From positions 14,404 through 78,403 of the forward strand of contig JBEKER010000003.1 in NCBI GenBank assembly GCA_050013755.1: DNA of 64,000 nucleotides, read 5' to 3'. Of this stretch, positions 1 through 8,929 are shown piece by piece. This DNA comes from Halobacteriota archaeon. Its GTDB lineage: Archaea; Halobacteriota; Bog-38; Methanoflorentales; Methanoflorentaceae. The position numbers were made by a program, and so were the translations under genes. Positions within the stretch are counted from its first letter, which is position 1, and every line of letters starts with the position of its first letter. The notes beneath the pieces were generated by a model. That model was not told where the DNA came from, did no database searches, and was given only the letters and a program-made list of their open reading frames with translations.

Positions 1-2
1 CT

Positions 3-638
3 TTTGGCTACAGCGGGCAGAAGTGCAGCGCCACGTCGCGCGTGTACGTTGAGTCAACAGTAGCGCCTGAGTTCATCGAAAAGCTCCGCGCAGCGACCGA
101 AAAGATCGTTGTGGGCGACCCTCGCAAGAGCGACGTCTTTGTGGGCCCCCTCATCGATCGCGCCGCACTTGCGAAGTTCACCGATGCGGTCAAAGACGGT
201 ATTCAGGACGGAGGAACCGTTGTGGCCGGCGGGACGGTGCTGCGCGACGGTGTGTGGAACAGGGGATGCTATGTGCGCCCCACCCTCATGACGGGACTGC
301 CGCGAGGACATCGCCTGTTCGAAGAAGAGCTCTTCGTGCCGTTTCTGCTCGTCGACACCATCGCATCACTCGAGGAGGGGTTGCGGGAGGCAAACGCGAC
401 CGAATATGGTCTCACTGCGGGCATTTTTTCTGAAGATAAGGACGAGGTGGAGCGCTTCTTCGCTTCTATGCAGTTCGGCGTGTGCTATGCGAATCGGCGC
501 GGCGGTGCAACGACGGGGGCGTGGCCCGGCGTCCAGCCTTTTGGTGGATGGAAGGCGAGCGGAGTTACTGGAAAAGGAGCGGGGGGGCCGTACTACCTCC
601 TCTCTTTTGTTCGTGAGCAGACGCGAACGAGAGCGTAA
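3..638 (+). CDS. Aldehyde dehydrogenase family protein, 1-pyrroline-5-carboxylate dehydrogenase-like (5' truncated by window edge)
   Basis: Frame is open from position 3: FGYSGQKCSATSR (catalytic Cys motif), EELFVP, YGLTAGIFS, QPFGGWKASG. Confidence 0.85.
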   Translation, partial: FGYSGQKCSATSRVYVESTVAPEFIEKLRAATEKIVVGDPRKSDVFVGPLIDRAALAKFTDAVKDGIQDGGTVVAGGTVLRDGVWNRGCYVRPTLMTGLPRGHRLFEEELFVPFLLVDTIASLEEGLREANATEYGLTAGIFSEDKDEVERFFASMQFGVCYANRRGGATTGAWPGVQPFGGWKASGVTGKGAGGPYYLLSFVREQTRTRA

Positions 639-846
639 ACGGTCATCGCCGCGCTATGCAGTGCCTCAAGGCGTATCGTAAGACGCTACTACAGTGAAGA
701 GGTGCGCCAACGCTGCACGAGACGCCCCCCACCGTACGACCGGCGTCTGGCGCCGTGCGCGGTAGCGTCGCGGGTGTCGCTGTCGTCGACCGCTCTTTAA
801 ACGTCGCGAAAAGCTGAATCACGTATCGCCTGAGTCTGATCGATCC

Positions 847-1860
847 CTACAAACGATCGTCCTCTATCCACCCCTCTTCGAGAGTCTGCTCGCGATACGC
901 TATCTGAGGGAACGGACTTTGCGGTATGCTCATCTCTGATCGTTCGACTTCTTTTTGCGTGCGAAATACGTGCGTTAGGCCCTTTGATTCGATGATGCCT
1001 CGATCGAAGTTGCTGACTTTCACAAACTCCCTTTCAAGAACCATCTGAGGGTTGTACGGTTTGTCTACTTCGGTTATCTCGACGTACTGCTCCCAAAGGC
1101 CGACGATGAGTGACGCAAGCCGCTCGTCAGGTTCGATAACGTTCAAGCCCAGGCCATCCTTCGCCTCTTTCCTGCTGATGATATATCGGTGTGAAAATCG
1201 CTTGCTTGTCAGCATGCTCACGGCACGGTCGATCGTCTCATCATCGTCCATGTGCTGCTTGAGGAGGTGCGCCGCCAGAAAAGCGATCTGTTCTCGAGAC
1301 CTATACATGGCGCCGAGAACGAGCGGGTTGACGTTCGATGAAAGCGCGTCGAGGACTTTTTGCATTGACTCCTCGCCTCCGAGTCCGAGCTCGTTTTTTG
1401 CAAAGCTAAGAAAACCATCGACGTCCTCCACGTTGACGGGCACGTCTTGGACGAGTTGATTGGGGAGCGTTATCTTTGGGCTCAACGGGTGCTGCACGGA
1501 AGGATCGATGGGGCTCAGCTGACCCATCTCGCTCATAACGAGTTCATCTGCTCCCAATGCGATGAGCGTTGCTGTGCTATGCGCTTTGAACGGGATGATC
1601 ACGTTGAATCTACCGCAGAACTCCCGAAAAAGGTTGACGAGCGCATACCCGGCCATCGGCACCCCACTCGTGCCGTACAGAAACAGGTCAATTTGGTTTT
1701 GGTACCCCACTTTGGCCAGATGGCTATGAAGTATGGGAAAGACATCTGTGGCGATGTTGATCTCAAGCCCTTGCCGGTCCGCAGCAACATACGAGATAAC
1801 GGTAGAGCCCCGCGCTGCTTCGATTGCGCTAATGAGCTCCATTCGTTCTTCTTTCGTCAT
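847..1860 (-). CDS. SDH-family ClpP-fold serine protease
   Basis: PFKAHSTATLIALGADELVM...LSPIDP (catalytic Ser region) and downstream FSH (His). Confidence 0.75.
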   Translation of the reverse strand: MTKEERMELISAIEAARGSTVISYVAADRQGLEINIATDVFPILHSHLAKVGYQNQIDLFLYGTSGVPMAGYALVNLFREFCGRFNVIIPFKAHSTATLIALGADELVMSEMGQLSPIDPSVQHPLSPKITLPNQLVQDVPVNVEDVDGFLSFAKNELGLGGEESMQKVLDALSSNVNPLVLGAMYRSREQIAFLAAHLLKQHMDDDETIDRAVSMLTSKRFSHRYIISRKEAKDGLGLNVIEPDERLASLIVGLWEQYVEITEVDKPYNPQMVLEREFVKVSNFDRGIIESKGLTHVFRTQKEVERSEMSIPQSPFPQIAYREQTLEEGWIEDDRL

Positions 1861-2101
1861 GACATCACGCGGCGGAATACACCTGAGGTGAGAAGCGGTT
1901 GTATATAAATGCCACCCTGCGTCGTAAGGCGCTAGTGCGGGGGATTCGCTACGTTTTTTGACTTCTGTTTGCTAAGCGCTCGCACGCCAGCGACTTTAGC
2001 GCCACAAAAAAACATTGTTGGCCTCAACTTTAATACGATAGTCGCCATTGTGAGCATTGATCTTGGTGTAAGCATTCGCAGAACGCTGCTAAGCAGATTA
2101 G

Positions 2102-2515
2102 GTGAATACCGACAGAGTGAAAGTGACTATGAACGCGACGGGATACGTGGCCGAATGGACCTATCGCCCCAACAACGGGTGTAGAGCTGACCGATTCGGA
2201 CCGTGCATGCTGCAAGCGGAACTCGTGCGGTCATATTTCGACTCACACGGTCAGCAACGCGAAGACAGAGTCCAGCTCGGCGTCGTCAGTCTCGAATGCA
2301 TTACCGAAGTGTCGCACCGCCACGCGTTTTGGGTCATCACCGAAGCCGCACTCGAGTCGCTTGAACTGGACACCGAAACACGCGAACGCATCAGTGCGGA
2401 GTTATCGAAGGTCGTGCCATTGCCAAGCGAGGGCGAGATCACCGATTATAGAAACACGCTCGACGCACTCTCACGGGCGTTGCGAAAGAGACAGAGTTCG
2501 TCCACTGACAACTAA
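2102..2515 (+). CDS. Hypothetical protein (start uncertain)
   Basis: 137-aa ORF divergent from the protease; protein-like composition; no recognised motif. Confidence 0.55.
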   Translation: MNTDRVKVTMNATGYVAEWTYRPNNGCRADRFGPCMLQAELVRSYFDSHGQQREDRVQLGVVSLECITEVSHRHAFWVITEAALESLELDTETRERISAELSKVVPLPSEGEITDYRNTLDALSRALRKRQSSSTDN

Positions 2516-2716
2516 GTTAGGATAAGAGACGGACCATACCGCTAAGCAGTAGCGACGTCCTTCGCAGGAGCGGCGAGGCGCACATACGTGCTACTCACAA
2601 CTAATCATCGTCCCGAGTGCGCACAAAATTCAGAAATAATTCCGGCTCGCGGCGTCTCATAGAAACCTTTACACGTCCTCACGCCTAAACTTCCGAGTAT
2701 AGGGAGGATCACTATT

Positions 2717-3241
2717 ATGAAAATGGAAAGGACAATAACCTATTTTGACGCTCCAGGAGAAGACAACACGGCCGATGTACTTGACTGCGCAAAAAAGCGC
2801 GCCAGCGAACTCGGGATTACGCACATCCTGATCCCTTCGGTGCGGGGAGCTTCTGCAGAAAAAGCGCTCGACTTCTTCGCGACTGACAACCTCATACTCT
2901 TTTTCGTCGGCACCGATCCCACGCGTTTTTCGCCCGAAACCAAAAAGCGCATTGAAGATGCGGGTTTTAAACACGTGTTTTACAAAGAAGTTGACTACCA
3001 TTACCCCGATGAGGTGAAGAACGCCTTTCGCAGGTTCGGACAAGGCACCAAAGTGGCCGTCGAACTCACGCTGATTGCAGCGCAGCTAGAGATCGTCGAA
3101 CCAGGTACCGAGGTCGTGGCGCTTGGTGGGAGTTCGAAAGGGCTTGACACAGCGCTCGTAACTAAGGCGGCGACAAGCGACGAATTCTATGAGCTTGAAA
3201 TCCGCGAAATCCTCTGCAAGCCGCGCAAAACAAAAACCTGA
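2717..3241 (+). CDS. Pyruvate kinase C-terminal-like alpha/beta domain protein (COG1751/MTH1675-like)
   Basis: ITYFDAPGEDNT..VL..A.KRA.ELGI, FRRFGQGTKVAVE, GGSSKGLDTA; SD GGAGG 9 nt before ATG. Confidence 0.8.
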   Translation: MKMERTITYFDAPGEDNTADVLDCAKKRASELGITHILIPSVRGASAEKALDFFATDNLILFFVGTDPTRFSPETKKRIEDAGFKHVFYKEVDYHYPDEVKNAFRRFGQGTKVAVELTLIAAQLEIVEPGTEVVALGGSSKGLDTALVTKAATSDEFYELEIREILCKPRKTKT

Positions 3242-3444
3242 AGTCAACTGTCACGATATTGCACATCTGTTCGGCTGGGACAGCGAACAAGCCGCAAATC
3301 TCGTCTGAGCCATATACAAGGCGCAACGATGCAACCGATTATGGTGATCTGAAGAACAGTACGAGGTCAAGCGTCGATTAGGCCCCTAGATCACAAAGAA
3401 GGGCAGCCGGGGCCGCTGAAATCGTCCTCCACGAGGTGCCAGGC

Positions 3445-3630
3445 CTACACTTCCCAAAAGGCCACAATTTTTCCGACGTTGATAAAATCTCGGCGCTGAT
3501 CGTGCTCGAGCACAACAACTCCATCGGCGCTTCCCACTACCTTACCGGTTATAGTTTCGTTCGGCCTGCCGCCGAAGTACACTTCTATCGTTTTGTCGAT
3601 GAAATGCTCAGAAATCGTCTTGTCTAGCAT
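3445..3630 (-). CDS. Small MM0924-like protein (possible Sm-like fold)
   Basis: 61 aa from the ATG at 3630 with SD GGAGTG; pattern F.DK.IEVYFGG...TGKV...ADGVVVLE...FIN..KI.AFW recalls the methanogen MM0924 family. Confidence 0.7.
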   Translation of the reverse strand: MLDKTISEHFIDKTIEVYFGGRPNETITGKVVGSADGVVVLEHDQRRDFINVGKIVAFWEV

Positions 3631-3679
3631 AAAACCACTCCTTAGTTCCTTATAGGTTAGTCTCACGCATATATTATTA

Positions 3680-3705
3680 TAGCGTTGTAGCATAGCGTTG
3701 TAGCA
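3680..3705. repeat. 13-bp perfect tandem duplication TAGCGTTGTAGCA x2 next to an AT-rich TATA-like element
   Basis: Read directly; on the minus strand it lies immediately upstream of TATAATAATATATG, which precedes the MM0924-like gene. Confidence 0.8.
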
Positions 3706-3923
3706 AAGTCACTCACTGCTACCGCAAACGCCGTTAACGCAGCACTGAGCCGCGGTCTCACAAATCGGATCTTCCCCCCCACCCACTTGACAACGCTCCT
3801 ATTGACCCACGGAGCCTCGAAGGCTTTGCCACGCTAAGGTGGTCTGAGGCAACGTGATGGGAAAAAGGCACCCAATAGTTTCAAGCCTAATAGCCGCTGC
3901 TCAAAAAGCACGTTTGTCCTGCC

Positions 3924-4787
3924 CTAGTCCTCGATCGTGATGCGCGTGCCCGCGTTATTAAAGAAAAAACGGCCCCCAAACGCTTTGGAGAGCTTCACTG
4001 CGGCAGGCAAACCGGTGCAGTGAGAGACGCCGATGCGCGCAACGTCGAGAGCTTTAAGCCCTTTGATCGTCGCTTTAAGCTGCCCTTCCGACGCCTTCAT
4101 CAAGTGCGTCCCCCCGATGACTGTGTGAATGCGATCCTCGTTCGCCACGCTTTGTGCCTGGAGCAACGTATTAACAATACCGCGATGCGCACAGCCCAAT
4201 ACGACCACAAGACCGAGATCTGTCGTGATGATGAGCGCAAGATCATCTGCCATCGGATCAGGCCGGATGCCTTCTTCGTCACGAACGTACAACTCTGGGT
4301 CGACGGTCTCATAAGCCGTGTCCAGCGGGATTTCGCCTGTTGTAAGGATCCGATTGCTTATTCGCGCCGGCTCGCTCGTGCTTACAAATGCGGCGCCAAG
4401 GCTCTCTAACGCCTCTCGTACGTGCGGCATCCCCGCGTAGATGTTCTTATGAACGGGTCCTGAGTACTTTGGTATCCAGATGTCTGGATGCGCCACAACG
4501 TTGACTTTACGCGCCCCTTCGCGAAGGGCAGGGTCTCTTCGCATCGCGCTCAGCACCGACCACAAACCACCCGTGTGATCGCGGTGCCCGTGGCTGAGCA
4601 CGATGGTGTGAAGCGCAGATAGGTCTACATCCAAAACCGCCGCGTTGAAGGTCGCCGCGGTGTCTTGGCCCGTGTCGAGCAATACAGCGACGTCGTCAGT
4701 CTCGACAAGAATGCTTAATCCCCATTCGGCGCGCAGGCCGACTTGCGCGGCGGTATTCTCACAAAGCGTTGTGAGTGTAATTGTCAT
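3924..4787 (-). CDS. MBL-fold metallo-hydrolase (COG1237-type)
   Basis: TLCEN, EWGLSILVE, LLDTG, SHGHRDHTGG, GCAHRG, GGTHL, SHCTG; ATG at 4787 with SD GGAGG. Confidence 0.9.
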   Translation of the reverse strand: MTITLTTLCENTAAQVGLRAEWGLSILVETDDVAVLLDTGQDTAATFNAAVLDVDLSALHTIVLSHGHRDHTGGLWSVLSAMRRDPALREGARKVNVVAHPDIWIPKYSGPVHKNIYAGMPHVREALESLGAAFVSTSEPARISNRILTTGEIPLDTAYETVDPELYVRDEEGIRPDPMADDLALIITTDLGLVVVLGCAHRGIVNTLLQAQSVANEDRIHTVIGGTHLMKASEGQLKATIKGLKALDVARIGVSHCTGLPAAVKLSKAFGGRFFFNNAGTRITIED

Positions 4788-5058
4788 GTCCGGCCCCCTC
4801 CAGAACAATGCCGTCAATGTTTACGAACATTCGTTATCACTACTCCATCGAAATGCCGCTGTACTTAAAAACTCTCCCCTCTTTTCGTTTCAATTCTTTT
4901 TTGGAGTCCCACCTGCCCCTTCGATCGATTCATCTCGCCTACCGTGCGACGGCTTGTTCGGTGCTCGCAGCGGCTATAATTGGCCAACGTCAACAAAACG
5001 ACAGCTTTAAACCTGCGCACGACGACGAGAGAACGAAGCAACGTTGTGAAAGGGTCCC

Positions 5059-5535
5059 ATGGTTAATCGTGCGGCAGAATACTGGCCTTATGGATTGATC
5101 GGTGTCGCGATCATTGCGGCTATCCTCAATATCGTCCTATATGCCGCGGGGGTCGTCGAGTCGTTTCTCCTCTGGTTCCTTGCCATCGTGGTAGGCTTCG
5201 GTTCGCTTTACGCTTTTATGGGACACGCGTTTGTCGCTGACGACGTTGCACGAAGTATTGGATGGCCTACCGGAAGCCCGTTTCAATTTGAAGTAGCTTT
5301 GCACAACCTCGCCGTGGGGGTCCTAGGGGTACTCTGCTTTTGGGTGCGCGGTGACTTCTGGAGTGCGACGGTAATCGCGTTTGCGGTGTTTGGGGTCGGA
5401 GCCGCGTACGGCCACATACGCGACATCCGGCTTCGGCACAACTACGAGCCGGGCAATGCAGGGCCGATTCTGTATATCAACGATATCCTCTTGCCATTGC
5501 TGCTCATCGTTCTCCTGATCACGTACCGCGTCTAG
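5059..5535 (+). CDS. DUF6790-like membrane protein
   Basis: Four hydrophobic segments; A.SIGW..GSPFQFEVA..NL and GNAGP motifs. Confidence 0.7.
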   Translation: MVNRAAEYWPYGLIGVAIIAAILNIVLYAAGVVESFLLWFLAIVVGFGSLYAFMGHAFVADDVARSIGWPTGSPFQFEVALHNLAVGVLGVLCFWVRGDFWSATVIAFAVFGVGAAYGHIRDIRLRHNYEPGNAGPILYINDILLPLLLIVLLITYRV

Positions 5536-5673
5536 TCAAAATACGCCACGCTCGCGCTTTTCTGCAATGGAGTGACTGAAGGTATCTAATAGCCAATAAC
5601 GCGGCAAATAGAAAGCGCCTTATTCTATGCAAATTGTGTTCACCCTGTAACTAGTCTACCGGAGGTGAAACAC

Positions 5674-5925
5674 ATGGTGAGTCGAGTGGAGTACTTAAAA
5701 GTGATGGCCGGCCTAATCACGACTGCTTTCGCGTTCATCGCAGGCCTTGCGTGGAATCAAGCGATACAGTCTATTTTTATCTATTTTTTGGGAACGCCCA
5801 ACAGCATTCCAGGAAACCTCGCATACGCAATTATCATAACCATTGTCGCAGTGATCGCCACGGTATACATCGCTGGTGCCGCCGCGAAAGCGGCGGGCGA
5901 AGAGACCGAAGCGGAAGTGAAGTAG
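5674..5925 (+). CDS. DUF5654-like small membrane protein
   Basis: LITTAFAFIAGLAWNQAIQ...YAIIITIVAV; perfect SD GGAGGTGA before ATG 5674. Confidence 0.75.
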   Translation: MVSRVEYLKVMAGLITTAFAFIAGLAWNQAIQSIFIYFLGTPNSIPGNLAYAIIITIVAVIATVYIAGAAAKAAGEETEAEVK

Positions 5926-6091
5926 GTGCGCACAACCACCACTTCTTTTCTTTTTTTGCCAGTCCGCAGCAATCGCACGCTTGCTTTTCTTTGTCCGCCA
6001 GCACCGAGCACCTAAAGATTCGCGAAATCATAAGAACAAGGGGTTCATACTGGTAGGCGTCAGGCCGCGCGCACGCCGCAGGAGACGACTC

Positions 6092-6394
6092 ATGGCTGAG
6101 AAGAAGTATGACATCATGATCCACCTCTGGTGGGAAAAGCAGATACGCAAGATAACGATCGTATCGGAAGATACGCGCATAGAGATGTGGTTTCGCAATT
6201 TCGGACACATCACCTTAGAAGAGCGACGAACGCGTGACGTCTTCAGCGGAATTATTGAGGGACTCACAGGGGTCACGGAAGGCGACATACCTGAGATTTT
6301 TGCAAACGTCATCAAAAGTGGGAAGACCAAGACACGCGAGCGCGTACGAACGCGAGAAGAGCTGCTTGCGTTGGTAAAGCAAGCGGTTCACTGA
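6092..6394 (+). CDS. Hypothetical protein (100 aa)
   Basis: ATG 6092 preceded by GGAGA; globular composition. Confidence 0.6.
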   Translation: MAEKKYDIMIHLWWEKQIRKITIVSEDTRIEMWFRNFGHITLEERRTRDVFSGIIEGLTGVTEGDIPEIFANVIKSGKTKTRERVRTREELLALVKQAVH

Positions 6395-6522
6395 GTGCCC
6401 GGGAAACGGAGCTGATCTGGTTGCTTTGGCACATCAGCCTCGCGAATCGCGTTAGATATCGTTAAAGCGTTTGGGATTCATGCAAGTAGGTACGACACTG
6501 GCCAACACGGAGGGGTTCACTA

Positions 6523-6816
6523 ATTAAAACACAGGTTATTGCACTGACGTCTCGGCAGTTCAAATTACTGCAACGATCAACCTTTTCAAAGTGGCAGGCA
6601 CGCGACGAAGGACGCACCACGAGTATAAAGGAGCTGCTTGCAAAGTATTCAGCGTTCGTTATCCGAAGCGACGGTACCCTACTCGGCGTTGCCACTGACT
6701 CAATAGGCCGATCGAAGCGGCACGTACTGGATGCGCACTTTGTCGACGAGAAGGAGTTTAAAGCGCTACAGTTCCAGTTTGCAAGCGTTGAAGAGGAGAA
6801 TATTGAGGCCCATTGA
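6523..6816 (+). CDS. Hypothetical protein, probable ATT start (not in supplied ORF track)
   Basis: Stop-free frame 6490-6816 has no ATG/GTG/TTG; GGAGG lies 9 nt before ATT 6523; product MKTQVIALTSRQFKLLQRSTF...EENIEAH (97 aa); antisense shadow ORF 6462-6821. Confidence 0.55.
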   Translation: MKTQVIALTSRQFKLLQRSTFSKWQARDEGRTTSIKELLAKYSAFVIRSDGTLLGVATDSIGRSKRHVLDAHFVDEKEFKALQFQFASVEEENIEAH

Positions 6817-6934
6817 CACACCCTAGATATCGCGTTCGCTACGTGTCGGAACTGAAAGACAAGTTGCGGTTCGCTCCACTATCCAAGGCGTCGTGGCGGC
6901 TCTTCACCTGTGCCTATTAGGATACGTCGTGAAC

Positions 6935-7276
6935 TTACCAAATCGAGCATCCTACCCCAGCCGCCTGCGTGTCTTCCACGCGCAATCCCAGTCGTTTAGC
7001 GCGCGCGAGTATTGAATTGGTCCAGAGTCCGAAACTCTGATCGAGTATCACACTGTACCCTCCTTCGTAACCGTGCAACGATCCGTCTTCATACCACGCG
7101 ATATAGTCAAATGCGTCCAGCGCAGGGCTCACTCGTTCGCTGACCCAGCTATCGTAGTCCTTTCCTGTTTCATCTTTCCACTCGAGAAACGTCGTGCCAT
7201 ACAAGTGCCAGCCTGCAACGTCAGCGCGTGTGAGCTCCAGGAAAGACTTTGCGCCGATGATTCGAATGTAACGCAC
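6935..7276 (-). CDS. Hypothetical protein (113 aa)
   Basis: Aromatic/acidic-rich globular ORF; no recognised motif. Confidence 0.55.
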   Translation of the reverse strand: MRYIRIIGAKSFLELTRADVAGWHLYGTTFLEWKDETGKDYDSWVSERVSPALDAFDYIAWYEDGSLHGYEGGYSVILDQSFGLWTNSILARAKRLGLRVEDTQAAGVGCSIW

Positions 7277-7746
7277 GATACTTTCCGCCTTGGTGCGCGG
7301 ATCGCGTGACCTGCAAAATCGTCAGATTGGCACGCTTATGGACCTACCGCGCTACAATATTCGTTACGTACATTACGCCAAGCAGCATTAATATTGTCTC
7401 CGACCGTGCAAATTCACAAAAAGCCTACGCCACCTGTGTCTAGCGCATAGACAAGCAGAGTTGTTTGAGCGACTACATTTGACTCAAGCTTGCCATTCCG
7501 CCACACATTTGTGGCGGTGCAAACGACATCACTTTAAACGGAAGCCCGCTTACTCTAGTCTGACCTATTGCAAGCCGCGGCGCACGCTCGGAAACATGTT
7601 GCGAGCACTATTTAAATCACTAGTCCCAATAACTCATGCGCTTACCATTTTGGGAAGAGCGATCGAACTACCACAGTCGATCTTCAGCGCGAACCCATCC
7701 CAGGCGAGAATGCGCCAACTCTCTCTGCTACTAACAAACGTCTCGA

Positions 7747-8808
7747 GTGTGTCCAGTGCTGCAAGATAAGTCAAATGAAATCAGACGTAATGTGAGAGTC
7801 AGACCAAGAATCGTCCTCGTCTGCTCGCTCGTTTTAATACTTCTAGTCTCGATGCTCTTTACGGGCGCAGGCAGTGGAGCGACGGGTTCTGCGCAAACGG
7901 CTAAGTATGTGGTATTTAGAGAGGATGACGTCGCGCCTAATGCCGACTTCGCCGAGCTTCAGGCTGTCAACCAAGTGCACATCGACAAGAATGTGCCGGT
8001 GACGCTGGGCATCATCCCGCATCCGTACCCTACGCCTTCGGGCAATCAGCTGATTGAAGTAAGCCAAACGTTTCTCGATTACATGCGATCGCTCACTTCA
8101 AACCATCTTTTTCAATTCGCACAGCACGGCTATACGCACCTAGATACCGGACCGTCACCGCAGGGGCCCAGTGAATTTTATGGGAGGCCGTATGCCGCTC
8201 AATACAACGCAATCAAGCAGGGGCGCGACGACATCACCCAGGCGTTCGGGGTCACGCCCACTTCGTTTCTCCCTCCGTTTGACAAGAGCGACAACAACAC
8301 ACTAAAGGCGGCACAAGCGCTGGGGTTTACGGAATATAGCACTGCCTTTGCAGATGTCAACATGAATCAGGGATACAAAGAGGGCATTAAAGTTGACACG
8401 ATCTCGATTGAGCTCGGTAACAATAGCCTTCAGTCGCTCGAGAACGCAACCGAGCAGTGGCTTAACAATCCTAATAGCATCAATACCTTCATTGTGTTGT
8501 ATCACCCCTCCGATTTCAAGGGAGCCGATGGCACCGTCAATGCCACGGAATTGAAGCTACTGGGAGATTACATCGATTACTTGCAGGGGGCCGGACGTGT
8601 GCAGTTCACAACGCTCGACCGTTCGGTGACCACGACAGGAAATGCCGCCGTTGCTTCATCGAGCAGCAATGGGACAACGGCTGTGGGAGCAACAGACGCA
8701 ACAAACGGGGTGGCGGACGTCCCGGTTCTTGGAGCGATTCTCGCTTTTTCGCTCGCCGCCATATTCACGATTCGACTACGTAAGAACAAAAACAGCCGTA
8801 AGAGGTGA
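7747..8808 (+). CDS. Secreted DUF2334 / polysaccharide deacetylase-like protein with C-terminal membrane anchor (start uncertain)
   Basis: Signal-like N-terminus; VFREDDV, TLGIIP, FAQHGYTH, SFLPPFD (NodB-like motifs); Ser/Thr linker, TM helix and basic tail. Confidence 0.8.
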   Translation: MCPVLQDKSNEIRRNVRVRPRIVLVCSLVLILLVSMLFTGAGSGATGSAQTAKYVVFREDDVAPNADFAELQAVNQVHIDKNVPVTLGIIPHPYPTPSGNQLIEVSQTFLDYMRSLTSNHLFQFAQHGYTHLDTGPSPQGPSEFYGRPYAAQYNAIKQGRDDITQAFGVTPTSFLPPFDKSDNNTLKAAQALGFTEYSTAFADVNMNQGYKEGIKVDTISIELGNNSLQSLENATEQWLNNPNSINTFIVLYHPSDFKGADGTVNATELKLLGDYIDYLQGAGRVQFTTLDRSVTTTGNAAVASSSSNGTTAVGATDATNGVADVPVLGAILAFSLAAIFTIRLRKNKNSRKR

Positions 8809-8929
8809 GTGCGGGGCCAATACCGTTTTGACGTGGGACGGTGCCTCTCCTGTAACTTGATTCCTCAAAGAAAATGAACGGTCACGTAACCAGCACCGGC
8901 TGACATGGCTGATGGCTAAAGCTTGAATC

